A stretch of DNA of 64,000 nucleotides, from contig CBDHDG010000006.1 of assembly GCA_965261595.1 (NCBI GenBank), positions 1,504,001-1,568,000 on the forward strand, written 5' to 3'. Positions 1 to 11,072 of the stretch are shown piece after piece (the stretch's first letter is position 1; each line of letters starts with the position of its first letter). The position numbers and the translations under genes are program-made. The notes below the pieces were generated by a model. That model was not told the DNA's origin, searched no databases, and saw only the letters and a list, made by a program, of their open reading frames with translations. Source of the DNA: a bacterium. GTDB taxonomy: Bacteria > UBA8248 > JACPRG01 > G963555815.

Positions 1-687
1 ATCCTGGGTGAGAGCGGGTGCGGAAAAACCACCCTGCTGCGGATCGTCGCGGGCCTCGTTCCGCCTTCGCGGGGGGGCGTCGCCGTGGACGGGACGCCCG
101 TTCTGGCCCCCCGGCGCGATCTGGGGTTTGTTTTCCAACAGTCGGTGTTGCTCGATTGGCGCACGGTTCTCGATAACGTGCTTTTGCCCGTGGAGATTCA
201 CGGTCTTTCCCGCAAGGCCTACGAGGAGGAGGCCCGATCCCTCTTGCGCTTCGTTCGGCTGGAGGACTTCGAGACCTACTATCCGGTCCAGCTCTCGGGC
301 GGGATGCAGCAGCGCGTCTCCATTGTGAGGGCCCTCATCCTGAAACCCGCCGTCTTGCTCATGGATGAGCCCTTCGGCGCCCTGGACGCCATCACGCGTG
401 AACAACTCAATCTTGAGCTTCTCAAGATTTGGCGGCGCCACCGGAATACTTCCGTCTTCGTGACACACGACATCGCGGAGGCGGTTTTTCTCTCGGACCG
501 GGTTGTCCTCCTCTCTCCCCGGCCGGGAACGCTCCAGGCCGTTTACCCCATCGATCTTCCCCGGCCTCGATTGTTGGATCACCGGTATGACGAAGACTTT
601 GTTCGCATCTGCCGGGAGATCAAGGGCGCGATGGGTTGGGGGGCGCAAGGAACCGCCCGGCGGGGTTTCAGGAAGGGATGGCCGTGA
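1..687 (+). CDS. ABC transporter ATP-binding subunit, NitT/TauT family (5' end outside window)
   Basis: Frame open from base 1: Walker A GESGCGKT, LSGGMQQR signature, LLMDEPF Walker B, VTHD switch. Confidence 0.93.
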   Translation: MLGESGCGKTTLLRIVAGLVPPSRGGVAVDGTPVLAPRRDLGFVFQQSVLLDWRTVLDNVLLPVEIHGLSRKAYEEEARSLLRFVRLEDFETYYPVQLSGGMQQRVSIVRALILKPAVLLMDEPFGALDAITREQLNLELLKIWRRHRNTSVFVTHDIAEAVFLSDRVVLLSPRPGTLQAVYPIDLPRPRLLDHRYDEDFVRICREIKGAMGWGAQGTARRGFRKGWP

Positions 688-1490
688 AAACCAGGGATGA
701 GCCGGAGCGGAAAAGCCGATTTCAAAGCCGGTCGGGCGCGGCGATCCTGAGCGTTCTCGTTTTCGTTCTGTTCCTGTTCGGCTGGTGGGCGGTTGTCCGT
801 GTGTTGGACCTTTCGAAGCTGATTCTGCCCACCCCCTGGGATGTTTGGGAGTCGCTGATCGAGCACCTGATCAGCGGGTTGTTGTTGAAGCACCTCTGGA
901 TCACCTTGGTTGAAATCCTTCTGGGTTTTGGTTTGGGCGCAGTTTTTGGAATCGCTTTGGGCGCGCTCATCGCCCACTCCGGGTTCGCCAAACGGGTGCT
1001 CAATCCTTACATCGTTGCGTCCCAGGCCCTGCCCAAGTTGGCGCTCGCCCCGATTTTCATCATTTGGTTCGGCTACGGCATCCTCTCCAAGGTCGTGATC
1101 ACGGCCCTGATCTGCTTTTTCCCGCTTTTGGAGAACACCATCACCGGTCTGAACGAGATCGAGGAAAACAGGGTGGAGCTGTTCCGCTCCCTCACGGCCA
1201 ACCGATGGCAGATGTTTTACAAGCTTCGGGTTCCCCACGCCCTGCCGTACATCTTCACCGGTCTTCGGGTCTCCATTATCCTCTCCATCGTCGGGGCCAT
1301 CGTGGGCGAGTACGTCGGATCCAATCAGGGCCTCGGCGCCCTCATCATCGCGACGCAGGGGAATTTTGATACGCCGCTCATGTTTTCAGTCTTTGTCATC
1401 CTGACATTGGTCGGTGCCGCCCTGTACAAGGCGATGGAGCTGCTGGAGCGGGTTTGCTTCTCGTGGAGGCGCCTCAAGCGTGAGGGCTGA
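678..1490 (+). CDS. ABC transporter permease, NitT/TauT family
   Basis: Multiple hydrophobic segments; LPKLALAP, WFGYG and GAIVGEY motifs; overlaps the ATPase end; start uncertain (678 or 684). Confidence 0.9.
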   Translation: MAVKTRDEPERKSRFQSRSGAAILSVLVFVLFLFGWWAVVRVLDLSKLILPTPWDVWESLIEHLISGLLLKHLWITLVEILLGFGLGAVFGIALGALIAHSGFAKRVLNPYIVASQALPKLALAPIFIIWFGYGILSKVVITALICFFPLLENTITGLNEIEENRVELFRSLTANRWQMFYKLRVPHALPYIFTGLRVSIILSIVGAIVGEYVGSNQGLGALIIATQGNFDTPLMFSVFVILTLVGAALYKAMELLERVCFSWRRLKREG

Positions 1491-1566
1491 TGTTCCGCCG
1501 GCCCCTGGGAGGGCGCGGAGAAGATCCACTCAACTGAAGGGAAGGGCGGTTGTGAAAAAGCACGCG

Positions 1567-2429
1567 ATGAAATGGGGATTGCTTTTTGCCGGCGTGATCT
1601 TCATCCCCGGATCGGGACGGGCCGACGCGCAGCTCCCGCCGGATTTCAAGCCGTTCGAGACGACGAAAGTCGCGGACAACGTGTATTCCTTCCGGTCGTT
1701 CTTTCACAGGAGCTTTTTCGTCGTGACGCGGGACGGCGTTATCGTCGGCGACCCCATCTCGGTCAAGGGGGCGCAAATGATGAACGCCGCGATCAAGAAG
1801 CTCACCGACAAGCCCGTCAAGTACGTCCTTTACATCCACCCCCACTGGGATCATTCGAAGGGGGCGCGGGTGTTCAAGGCCCAGGGCGCGCGAATCGTGG
1901 CTCAGGCCCAGTGCATGAAATACTTCGACCGCGTCCCGAACCCCGACGTGATCCGGCCCGATGTGACGTTTAGGATCGGTACGAGGTGAAGCTCGGCGGC
2001 GAGACGGTCCGGATGCTCTATTTCGGCCCCAGCCACTCGGACTGCCTCAGCTTCGCGCACTTCCCCCGGCAGAGACTCCTGTTTCTCGTGGATCTGGTGA
2101 GCGGGAAAAGCCTTCCCTATCGAGGCATGCGGGACGTCGATCCGGCGGGCTCCATCCGGGCGCTCAAGAGTCTGGAAGCCTTGAAGGGATTCGACAAGTT
2201 CATCCCCGGCCACGGCCCGCCCATGCTTCCCCGTATGCTCATCGGGTTGAACCGGGAATACCTGGAAGACCTCATGGCCACCGTCAAAGGCGCGCTTCAA
2301 AAACGGATGAGCGTCGGCAAGGCCCGGAAAACCGTCAAGCTCCCCAAGTACAAAGCCTGGAGGGATTACAAGACCACCCTCCCGATGAACGTCGAGCGGG
2401 TGTACGACTACTTCAGACGGGGAATTTAA
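1567..2429 (+). pseudogene. Secreted MBL-fold metallo-hydrolase, split by a frameshift at about 1971
   Basis: Signal-peptide-like N-terminus, HPHWDH motif, later IPGHG; adding one base at about 1971 joins ORFs 1414-1989 and 1986-2429 (..VTF-DRYEVKLGG..). Confidence 0.8.
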
Positions 2430-2476
2430 CGGATTACTGAATGGCAATAGACAAGTCGAGGGGAGTCCTGCAAGAA

Positions 2477-2558
2477 GGAGCGGGCAAGATGCCCGCTCCA
2501 CCGAAGAGGGTTGATGGAAGATTTCACCCTGGGGGTAGGCCGGGCATCTTGCCCGGCC
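2477..2558. repeat. Inverted pair of REP-like GTRG-headed palindromes between convergent genes
   Basis: GTGG-AGCGGGCATCTTGCCCGCT on the minus strand and GTAG-GCCGGGCATCTTGCCCGGCC on the plus strand. Confidence 0.6.
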
Positions 2559-2586
2559 CGCAGTGTAAACCCGTTTGAATACGTGA

Positions 2587-4179
2587 CTAATACCCCAGCG
2601 CGCACCCGTCCTTCCGGGACTCCGAGGCCCCTGAATAGACGCCCGTCTCGGGGTCCCGGGCGATGACTTGCGCGCCGCCGAAGCCGAGGGGGCCGACGCG
2701 ATGGACGTTGTGCCCCCGCCGCGCCAGGTCTTCCGCCACGCCCGGCGGAATCCGGTCCTCCACCCAGACCTCATTCCCCGCGATAAAACGCACGCGCGGC
2801 GCCTCGATCGCTTCCTGGATGTTCATGCCGAATTCCAGGTGATTCAGCAAGAGCTGGATGTGACCTTGGGGCTGCATGTCCGCGCCCACGACCCCGAAAG
2901 CCATGACCGGTCCTCCGTCCTTCATCAGGAACCCCGGGATGATTGTATGGAATGGGCGCTTGCCCGGCGCGAGCCGGCGGGGGTGGTGTTCGTCCAAGAC
3001 ATACCCGGCCCCCCGGTTTTGCATCATGACGCCGGTGTCCCCGGCGCAGATCCCCGAGCCAAATCCGGAATAGATGCTGTTGATGAGGGAGACCATGTTG
3101 CCCTCGGCGTCGGCCGTGGCGAGGTAAACGGTGTCCCCGGATGGGACGCGGCCGGGAGAGGCGGCTGGAAGGGCCCGGTTCATGTCGATCAGCGCCCGCC
3201 GCTCCGCCGCGTATTCTTTCGACAGAAGGCGGCCGGTCGGCACGTCCTCGAATTCCGGATCGGCGATGTAACGGTCCCGGTCGGCGAAGGCCAGCTTCAG
3301 GGTTTCCAGGATCAGGTGGTAGATGTCGGCCGAGCCGGATCCCAGGCCGGACAGGTCGTCCTTCTCCAGGATGTTCAGCGCGAGAAGGGCCGTGAGGCCC
3401 TGTCCGCTCGGCGGAATCTCGTACACCTCGCAACCCCGGAACACCGTCCCGATGGGCTCGACCCAATCCGAGCGGTGCGCCCGGAGGTCCTCCATGGTCA
3501 GAAGACCTCCCTTTTCCCGGAGGGCCTTGACGACCCTCTCGCCCAGCTCCCCCTGGTAGAAGACGTCCTTCCCCCCTTCGGCGACGGTCCGGAACGTCCG
3601 GGCCAGGGCCGGATTCCGGAAAATATCGCCCGCGGCCGGGGCCCGGCCGGAGGTCAGAAAGCAGCGCGCAGCGTCGGCGTCCCGGGCGAGTTTCTCCCGC
3701 TCCACCCGCCAATCCCCGCTGATGACGGGGGAGACGGCGAAACCCTCCTCGGCGAGCCGGATGGCCGGGGCCAGGACCCGGGCGAGATCCATCCGGCCGT
3801 ATTCCTCCAGGAGTGTGGTCCAGCCGTCGAGGGTTCCCGGCGTGGTGATGGAGTGAATGTTTTCCACGGGCATCGTGCGGTGGCCGAGGCGGCGCAGGGC
3901 CTCGATGCTCGCGGCGCCGGGGGCGCGGCCGCTGCCGTTCAGGCCTTTGATCTCGCCGGTCTCCGCCCACCAGGAAAGCGCGAACACGTCCCCGCCGATT
4001 CCGGTGCTATGGGGCTCGACGACGTTCAGGACCGCCGCGGCGGCCACGACGGCGTCGAAGGCGTTTCCGCCCTCGCGCAGGATGTCCAGGGCGCTCAGGG
4101 TGGCGTACGGCTGGCTGGTCGCCGCCATTCCGTTCTTCGCGTAGACGACCGATCGTCCCGGTGGTGTGCGGGTTTCCAT
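2587..4179 (-). CDS. ggt: Gamma-glutamyltransferase family protein
   Basis: GGNAFDA, EPHSTGIGGD, GDTVY nucleophile Thr, QNRG, PGKRPFHTIIP, SESRKDG. Confidence 0.93.
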   Translation of the reverse strand: METRTPPGRSVVYAKNGMAATSQPYATLSALDILREGGNAFDAVVAAAAVLNVVEPHSTGIGGDVFALSWWAETGEIKGLNGSGRAPGAASIEALRRLGHRTMPVENIHSITTPGTLDGWTTLLEEYGRMDLARVLAPAIRLAEEGFAVSPVISGDWRVEREKLARDADAARCFLTSGRAPAAGDIFRNPALARTFRTVAEGGKDVFYQGELGERVVKALREKGGLLTMEDLRAHRSDWVEPIGTVFRGCEVYEIPPSGQGLTALLALNILEKDDLSGLGSGSADIYHLILETLKLAFADRDRYIADPEFEDVPTGRLLSKEYAAERRALIDMNRALPAASPGRVPSGDTVYLATADAEGNMVSLINSIYSGFGSGICAGDTGVMMQNRGAGYVLDEHHPRRLAPGKRPFHTIIPGFLMKDGGPVMAFGVVGADMQPQGHIQLLLNHLEFGMNIQEAIEAPRVRFIAGNEVWVEDRIPPGVAEDLARRGHNVHRVGPLGFGGAQVIARDPETGVYSGASESRKDGCALGY

Positions 4180-4867
4180 TCTTCTCCCCCGGCCTTGGAA
4201 TCGGGAATCAGCGGTCCGCTCATCCGAACGCCTATTCTAACCTGCCTCTCTGGGAATGTATCGGCATTAAAAAACCCTTTCAGGCCCAACCGGGATTGGG
4301 CGGAAAGTGGGCCGGGGAGGAGAAGTATCAGGGAAGGAGAAGGGCGAACCAGGAGCGACTCGGCAAGCCGCCCTTACGAATCAGTCGAGACGGAAGAAAG
4401 GAGAATCCCATCTCCAACACGTTGTTTCATCCGGACGGGAAAAACCACCCTAATTGAACGGCCCGTCCCTGTATCGGTGTCGTACCTGATGGTTCGGGGA
4501 GACAGACACCCTCTCAATGTGCCCTCATTCTCCCATCAGCTCAAAAACCTGCTAAAATTCCAGTCGTGAATCCAAAAAGACACAGACCCCGCCCACCCGA
4601 GGGGGGCACCTGAAGGATTTGTTTTACAATACGCAGGGCTAGCTCGATTCGAGAATCCTGTTTCTGATTGACGGTCAAAGGCCGGAGGCGCGAGAAGGGC
4701 TCGATACCCCGATTTCCGGCTACTAAGAAATCCAGATCGCCATGGGGATCCCCATGTCCGGTGGTGGACCCGGATTCCGGGTAGTCCACCCCCTCCCCCG
4801 ACATGCGCTTGCGGTGTGAGGGCGCTATGCTCCGATACGCACAAACCAGATATGGAGGTCAGCACAG

Positions 4868-5617
4868 ATGAGCGGAGACGTCGTGAATGATTTTCTGAAG
4901 ACCTTCGGCAGAACGCCGGATGAGCTTTTCGAGGGAGAAAAGGAGTTCATCGAAGATTGGCACAAGGACTACAACACCGACCGGCATCACGCTTTCGAGA
5001 TTCAGGAGGAAGAGTGCGCCCTCATTGTGGTCGACCTCCAAAATGACTTCGTCGCCCCGAACTCGCCCATCTGGGTCCCCGAGGCCCTGCGGCAGATTCC
5101 CCGAAACAAGAGGTTGATCGAAGCCGCCCGCCGGCTTGGCGTCCCGGTCATCTACACCGCCCACACCTTCAACGCCGACTGCTACGCCGATTTCCGAGAG
5201 TTTTCGGATGCGCACCGCGATGGCGCCCTCATTGAGGGTTCCAAGGGAACTCAAATTTATCCGGAAGTCTCCCCGGAGGAAGGGGAGCGCGTCATCGACA
5301 GCAAGCACAACTACGACGCCTTTGCCGGGACCGATCTGGATTATGTCTTGCGCGACCACGGAACGAAGACCTGCGTCGTCTGCGGAACGGTGACCAACTT
5401 CTGCTGTGAGTCAACGGCGCGCAGCGCATACTTCAAGAACTACCATGTCGTCTTCGTGGAGGACTGCGTCTCATCTGACAATCCCTACGCCCACGAGTCC
5501 ACCATCCGCACCTTGCGGCGTGGTTTCGCCCGGGTCTTGAAGAGCGACGAGTTAATCAACATCTGGACGGAAGGCGATGACCTTTACGCCAAGGCCCGGA
5601 AGGCTAGGGAGACCTGA
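4868..5617 (+). CDS. Isochorismatase-family cysteine hydrolase
   Basis: ALIVVDLQNDF, K-x-x-Y-D-AF, TNFCC triad; GGAGG RBS. Confidence 0.9.
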   Translation: MSGDVVNDFLKTFGRTPDELFEGEKEFIEDWHKDYNTDRHHAFEIQEEECALIVVDLQNDFVAPNSPIWVPEALRQIPRNKRLIEAARRLGVPVIYTAHTFNADCYADFREFSDAHRDGALIEGSKGTQIYPEVSPEEGERVIDSKHNYDAFAGTDLDYVLRDHGTKTCVVCGTVTNFCCESTARSAYFKNYHVVFVEDCVSSDNPYAHESTIRTLRRGFARVLKSDELINIWTEGDDLYAKARKARET

Positions 5618-5666
5618 TTTTTCGGCCGGGACCTTTCTGCGGATCCATGCATCCAACGCGTCTCCT

Positions 5667-6116
5667 CTAGGCCGGCCCTTCTTTTTCTCTAAGTCCCTTC
5701 AGGATTTTCTGAGGCGTGACAGGCAGGTCCTTCAAGCGGAGGCCGACAGCGTCGTAGACGGCGTTGGCAATCACGGCACCGCAAGCGTTCAAGGCGCATT
5801 CGGAGCAGCCTTTCGCGCCGAAGGGGCCGTTCGGGTCGTTGGACTCCACAAGGATGGAGGTGAAATTCGGCAGCCCCTCCGCCTTTGGCACGGTGTAATC
5901 GGCCAAGTTGCCATTGACAAACTGCCCGCCATCCAGCACGGGATGCTCGAATAGGGCCAATCCGAGTCCCTGAGCGATTTCTCCGTGAATTTGGCCCTCG
6001 ACAGTGAGCGGATTGATGGCTCGGCCGAGGTCGTCGGCCACGACAATGTCCACCAGCCGGACCCCTCCCGTTTCCGTATCCACCTCGACAACGGCGGCGA
6101 CGCACGCGAAGGAGCT
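5667..6116 (-). pseudogene. C-terminal fragment of a xanthine dehydrogenase/CoxL-family molybdopterin subunit
   Basis: VEVDTETG, AINP..EGQI.G, GPFGAKG.SE, ANAVYDA..LPVTP; 5' part replaced by IS3 remnant. Confidence 0.88.
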
Positions 6117-6277
6117 GGCGGCCGGTAGCACAAGGCTCTATGGGGCCTTACCCGGTTGTAGAGGTGTCGCCATCTCTGCACCAACACCTTGGCCTCTGTC
6201 AGGGTGTAGAAGATCTCCCCGTTGAGCAGCTCATCGCGCAGCTTGCCGATGAAGAACTCACCATAGCCGTTTTGCCA
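6117..6277 (-). mobile_element. IS3-family transposase 3' remnant, direct repeat of about 8678-8839
   Basis: Encodes ..GKLRDELLNGEIFYTLTEAKVL..YNRVRPH..; nearly identical to sequence at 8678-8839. Confidence 0.85.
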
Positions 6278-6292
6278 GGGACGGTCGGCTCA

Positions 6293-8470
6293 TCAGGCGG
6301 GTGCCAAAATCGCGTCGTAAAGTGGCGGGTCGCCCGGCTTCGCCACCTCTGCATCGAGAGACCGGCCGCACCCCGGGCAGAGGTATAGCCTCATCTCGAA
6401 ACGCCCGGACGGGGAACGCGCGGGGCCAGCGCGGGTGAGGGGTGACCGAATTACGACCGCATGATCCTTCCAGGGTTGTCCGTCTCGCGAGATACAGTGA
6501 TCACACCTCTGACATCGGATTTCGGGCCCATGGGAACTGGGAATAGCCCTCAGATTCTCGCTGAGGGGGTAGCCCTTTCGATCCCCAGCTTCGCCTGTCC
6601 CAGCAGTGGCCCTTTCTTCCGAGGCGCTGACGGAAGAATGCTCCTCCCAGCCCGACAACCTTTGATGAACCATCTCCTCCCGCAATGACTGTGTCGCATT
6701 CAGGTCCACGACGATGCGCCCGTCGAGGACCACTCCGTAGGCTTTCCGCGCCCATTCGGGCGAGACCAGCCCCCGGAGGACATCTTCCCGGATCCTCTCC
6801 GGATTGCGATCTAGAGGGTCGCCGTAGCCGCCGCCTCCCATGATCCACGCGTGGACGACCTCCCCTTCCTTCAGGTTAAACGTTCCCCAGCACACGGACT
6901 GGTGGGTTCCGCCCATCTCGTCCAGCCTTTCCGGCAGGTCGCGATTGCGAAGCTGGTCGATCCCGTCGATTCCTTGGATGAGAACGTAACCGCAATTGGA
7001 TCCTGGATATCCCCCGGAAAAGCCTTGGCACTGGGTAAACTCCGTCCCCCTTCCGTAAAGCACCACTTCGACCTGGCCCCGCCCGGCCTTATGCGGCGCG
7101 AACGCGTACTCGGCGGTCATGCCGCCCCGGAATCGACCGGGTCCTGCGGAGTCTTGGAGGAAACGCCGGAAGAGAAAGAGGATGGGCAGGCCTGCCTCCT
7201 CGCTCTCGATGTTGGGCGTCCTCGAGAGAGGGTTGGGGATTTCTCCACCGAAGTCGATGCCATCATTGAAGGTTCGCGCGCCGCCTGACCCACCGAACTC
7301 GTCGCTCACCTGCTCGATGACATATTGGTCCTCCCTATATCCGCCGACGGTGATAGGGGAGTGGGCCCCCAGCCAGACCGCAGTTGCCTCCTTGCGGTAC
7401 GTATCGCTGGCCACGAACATTTTGGAGATCGCCTCGAGAGAAACATTATTTACAATCTCGATGCCCGAGATGGTCGCTAGACAGTTGGGTGCCGGGCGTG
7501 TGCAGTTGATGAGGCTTCCCTTGGGCGCGTGGATCGTGACCGGCTTGAGGATCCCGTCGTTCCAGGAGATGTCGTAACCCAACAGGGGAAAGAGCGGGGC
7601 GAAGAGGGCGCCGAAGGTCCCCCAGTACGTGGAGTTAAAGCCGACGGGGGCCTGTTCGCTGGTGCCCGTGAAATCGTAATGGAGGTGATCGGCTTCCTTG
7701 GTCATCGCCAGGTTGACGGTGAAGATCCTCTCCGGAGTTTCCAGATATTGCCTCGTTTTCCAGGTTCCATCTGGGAGTTCTCGGAGCCTTTGCCGAAGGA
7801 GCGACTCGGATTGGTCGATGAGCCCTTGCGCAACGGTATCCACGGTCTCACGGCCGTATTTTTCCAACAGCTCCATCATGCGTTCTCTGGCGGTGATATT
7901 CGCGGCGATTTGCGAGTGAAGGTCGAGGGCGACGATCTCCGGCGTCCGAACCATGTTGAGGAGGGTCTTCCAGACGTCCTTTCGGAGCGTCCCCTTCTCG
8001 ACCAGCTTGATTCCAGGACACATGATCCCTTCGTGATAGATCTCCCTCGAATCCGGAGCGAACCCCCCCGGGTTGATCGCTCCTATGTCGCGCAGGTGAA
8101 CGAAGTTGGCGCTCCACGCCACCTGCTCTCCGTCGTAATGGATGGGGGAGAGCACATAGGTGTCCGAGCTGTGCAGGGCCGCAATGTAGGGGTCGTTCAG
8201 GAGGAAGACGTCGCCCTCATAGATCCCCGGGTTCTCCGAGTATTCCTGAATGATGTGTCGGCAGGCCTGTCCCGCCCCCGGCAGGGCGTGGAGGTAGCCG
8301 AAGGTACCCATGAGCAGGCTGCCGTCCTTTCGGTAGAGCCCAACCAGGAGGTCGTTGCCTTCGGTTGTCGCCGAGGAACCAGAGATATGCTTCAGCGTGA
8401 TTACCGCCTCGTCGATGATCCGGACGAACTTATGGCGGATGATTTCGAAGGTAAAGGGATCGATGCTCAT
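6293..8470 (-). CDS. Hydantoinase B/oxoprolinase family protein with C-terminal acetone-carboxylase-gamma-like Zn domain
   Basis: IDPFTFEII, GDVFLLNDPY..H..D, H..DIG...PGG, DSAGPGRFRGG, GGGGYGDP; C-terminal CQRC and CPGCG. Confidence 0.88.
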   Translation of the reverse strand: MSIDPFTFEIIRHKFVRIIDEAVITLKHISGSSATTEGNDLLVGLYRKDGSLLMGTFGYLHALPGAGQACRHIIQEYSENPGIYEGDVFLLNDPYIAALHSSDTYVLSPIHYDGEQVAWSANFVHLRDIGAINPGGFAPDSREIYHEGIMCPGIKLVEKGTLRKDVWKTLLNMVRTPEIVALDLHSQIAANITARERMMELLEKYGRETVDTVAQGLIDQSESLLRQRLRELPDGTWKTRQYLETPERIFTVNLAMTKEADHLHYDFTGTSEQAPVGFNSTYWGTFGALFAPLFPLLGYDISWNDGILKPVTIHAPKGSLINCTRPAPNCLATISGIEIVNNVSLEAISKMFVASDTYRKEATAVWLGAHSPITVGGYREDQYVIEQVSDEFGGSGGARTFNDGIDFGGEIPNPLSRTPNIESEEAGLPILFLFRRFLQDSAGPGRFRGGMTAEYAFAPHKAGRGQVEVVLYGRGTEFTQCQGFSGGYPGSNCGYVLIQGIDGIDQLRNRDLPERLDEMGGTHQSVCWGTFNLKEGEVVHAWIMGGGGYGDPLDRNPERIREDVLRGLVSPEWARKAYGVVLDGRIVVDLNATQSLREEMVHQRLSGWEEHSSVSASEERATAGTGEAGDRKGYPLSENLRAIPSSHGPEIRCQRCDHCISRDGQPWKDHAVVIRSPLTRAGPARSPSGRFEMRLYLCPGCGRSLDAEVAKPGDPPLYDAILAPA

Positions 8471-8572
8471 TTGTCTCCCTTTCTCAAGTCGATGGCCCAA
8501 ATTCCTTGAGGGCCCCCTATGGCCCTCACTCCTTAGCTCTCACGTCGATGATCCAGAGGAGGCCCCCCCTGC

Positions 8573-9660
8573 TGACCTGCCCCCTAAAGTTGTACCACTT
8601 TTTGAGTTAGTCTCTGCTCCCCGATGTCCAAAAGTTCAGGGATGCCCAGAGGCAGTGGTTCGATGGCCACCGGCACCGGCGGCCGGTAGCCCAAGGAACT
8701 ATGGGGTCTTACCCGGTTGTAGAGTTGTCGCCATCTCTGCACCAACACCTTGGCCTCTGTCAGGGTGTAGAAGATCTCCCCGTTGAGCAGCTCATCGCGC
8801 AGTTAGCCGATGAAGGACTCCACCTAGCCGTTCTCCCATGGACTGCCCCGCTCGATGTAAAGCGTTCTCACCTCAAGACGGGTGAGCCACCCTCTAACCT
8901 GCATTCGCCGTGAACTCCGCCCCGTTGTCCGATCGGATATAAGCCGGCAGGCCACGCCGGACGAACAACGTCGGTGAGGCGGTCCAGGACGTCCTCGGAG
9001 TTGAGTCTTCTCTCTACATCAAGGGCCAAGCACTCCCGGGTCAACTCATCCATCACAGCCAGCATCCGTAAAGGCCGCCCATCGTGCGTCCTCGCAGCCA
9101 GGAAGTCGTAGGACCACACATGATTCCGGTAAGACGGACGCTTGCGAACACAAGAGCCGTCGTTCAGCCATAAACGCCATCGCTTGGGCTGTCTCTTCGG
9201 CGCCTTCAGACCTTCCTGGCGCCAGATCCGTTCCACCCGCTTGTGATTCACTCGCCAGCCTTCCCTTTGCAACAGAGCCGTTATCCTCGGGCTCAGAAGT
9301 TTCCCGAGGCCGCCTCCTTCAGGATGGCGTTATCCAGGGCCTGCTCGGCCACCAGCTTATTCAACCGGGCTTTCTCCTTCTCCAACTCCTTCAGCCCCTT
9401 GGCTTGGGTCACACGAAGACCGCCGTATGCCCGGCGCCACCGACTAATAGGTCTACTCGGAGATCCCCAGCGTCTTGCAGACCTGAGCCATCCTCTGCCC
9501 ATTGGCCAACTCCACCTCGGCCTGACGAAGCTTGTGGATGATCTGCTCCGCGGTGAATCGCTTCCGACTCATCACTGCCCCCTTTCTAGGTCAATCCAGT
9601 CCGAAAACCGTGCGAAAATCCTAACTCTCAAAACTGGACCCGTTTCAGGGGGGCAGGTCA
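8573..9660 (-). mobile_element. Degenerate IS3-family insertion sequence
   Basis: Terminal IRs TGACCTGCCCCC.AAA at both ends; frameshifted orfA (LKELEKE..L.KLVAEQALD) and orfB (HVWSYDF, RPLRML.V.DE.TRECL). Confidence 0.88.
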
Positions 9661-9695
9661 GTATTCGTTGACAGAGTTGTAGAACTCCTGTTAAT

Positions 9696-10070
9696 CCCAG
9701 ATATCCCATATGGATCATAACTTTTGTCGGACCGGAGGACATTTTCTGGAGTAAAATCAATGCATGAGCCTCCCCGAGCCATCCTCTCGCGGGGTAATCC
9801 AATGGGTGAAGCGAAAAAGTGGGCGTTGAAGGTCCGTTTTGAGCGTCGGCTGAGGCTTGAGTTTCACGGAACCAGAATGACTTCGGATGCGGGATTGCTG
9901 GCCTGCCGAGAGGGATCAAGCACTGGTCGTTACGCGGCCTTCAGCTTAAGCTCCTCAAAATGGGCGGCCGGCTCGTGCGGTACGCCCGCCACATCACCTT
10001 CCAGTTGGCCGAGGTCGGTGTATCCAGGAAGACATTTGCCCTTATCTTGGAGAGAATCAAGCGATGATGC
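9696..10070 (+). mobile_element. Internally deleted IS1380-family remnant
   Basis: N-terminal MGE..FERRLRLEFHG..TSDAGLL..RE joined to C-terminal LLKMGGRLVRYARHITFQLAEV. Confidence 0.7.
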
Positions 10071-10544
10071 CCGGTGCCTGTCTAGCGACCCTAAGCGGAG
10101 TCCACACAAGGGCAAAATGACGAAGACTCCAAACCTGGTGGTCAAGCCCGTTTACACGCCGGCGCTGACATGGTTTTCCAATGGCGGATACCGCTCCGAT
10201 CAGGGTTTCAGGCGCCCGAAATGGTGTTGACAGCCCCGGTAAAGAGGGCTCTAATTGAGTTAAAGAGCAACGGGTGGTCAATACAAGAGTTGTCTTGATT
10301 TAAACCGGGATTTCCCAGATGACCACTCTTAGCCATCCTGCGGTCCTCCTGTGTCATCAAAGTACCCCATTTTACTACAGATTCAGGGTCTCTTTGCAGA
10401 ACCATCTGCTCAATCGAGGGGCAACGGCCGTCCTAAAGCCGCAATCCCTTGAAAACCCAGCTATACCGGCACACTCAGGGGAGTTCGGCACAGACTGATC
10501 CCCCGTCTCCACCACGTCACTAAGCTTCCGGGCCATCTGCTCCG

Positions 10545-11072
10545 TCATCCGGTATCTGGTACGGGAGGCGGTAACCACAACCGTCGAATTCGTTCAAGGA
10601 TTGCCCTGAACAGTTGACGCGGCACGGCCACCTCGGCCATCTGGAAGGTGGTGTGCCGGGCGTGGGTGACCACCTTGGCCCCAATCTTAATCAGCTTCTC
10701 GCGTAACGTCGTCAGCGACCAGTGCTTCACCGCTCTGGGCAACGCCAGCCGCCGCAGGAAGTTTGCCAGGTTGTACGCCAAGGCAAATAGTTGCAAGCGA
10801 ACCTGGTTCTCTTCAAAGCCGTGGCAGGACAGGCGCGTCCAGTTCAGGGCGTACTTGCCCTCCTTGATCCACTGCTCCGCCGTCCCACGCTGGTTGTAGA
10901 ACCTCACGACGTTCTCTTCCCGCCAGTGCAGGTTGGTCACGATGAAGCTGACTCTTGGAAACAACTCGCCCTGGTGCCACTCGACCGCCACCACCACCCG
11001 GCGAGGCTTCTCCCAACTAGCCGCCTGATAGGAGACGCTGTGGTAGAAGATAATGGGCCTTTTGGGCGGTCG
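10545..11072 (-). pseudogene. IS1380-family transposase, C-terminal part, truncated by the adjacent IS
   Basis: VEWHQGELFPR..FIVTNL, FYNQRGTAEQWIKEGK, NQVRLQLFALAYNL, TLREKLIKIGA. Confidence 0.9.

Noticed and set aside
2668..4569. 633-aa plus-strand ORF
   Set aside because: Antisense shadow of ggt in GC-rich DNA; no motifs
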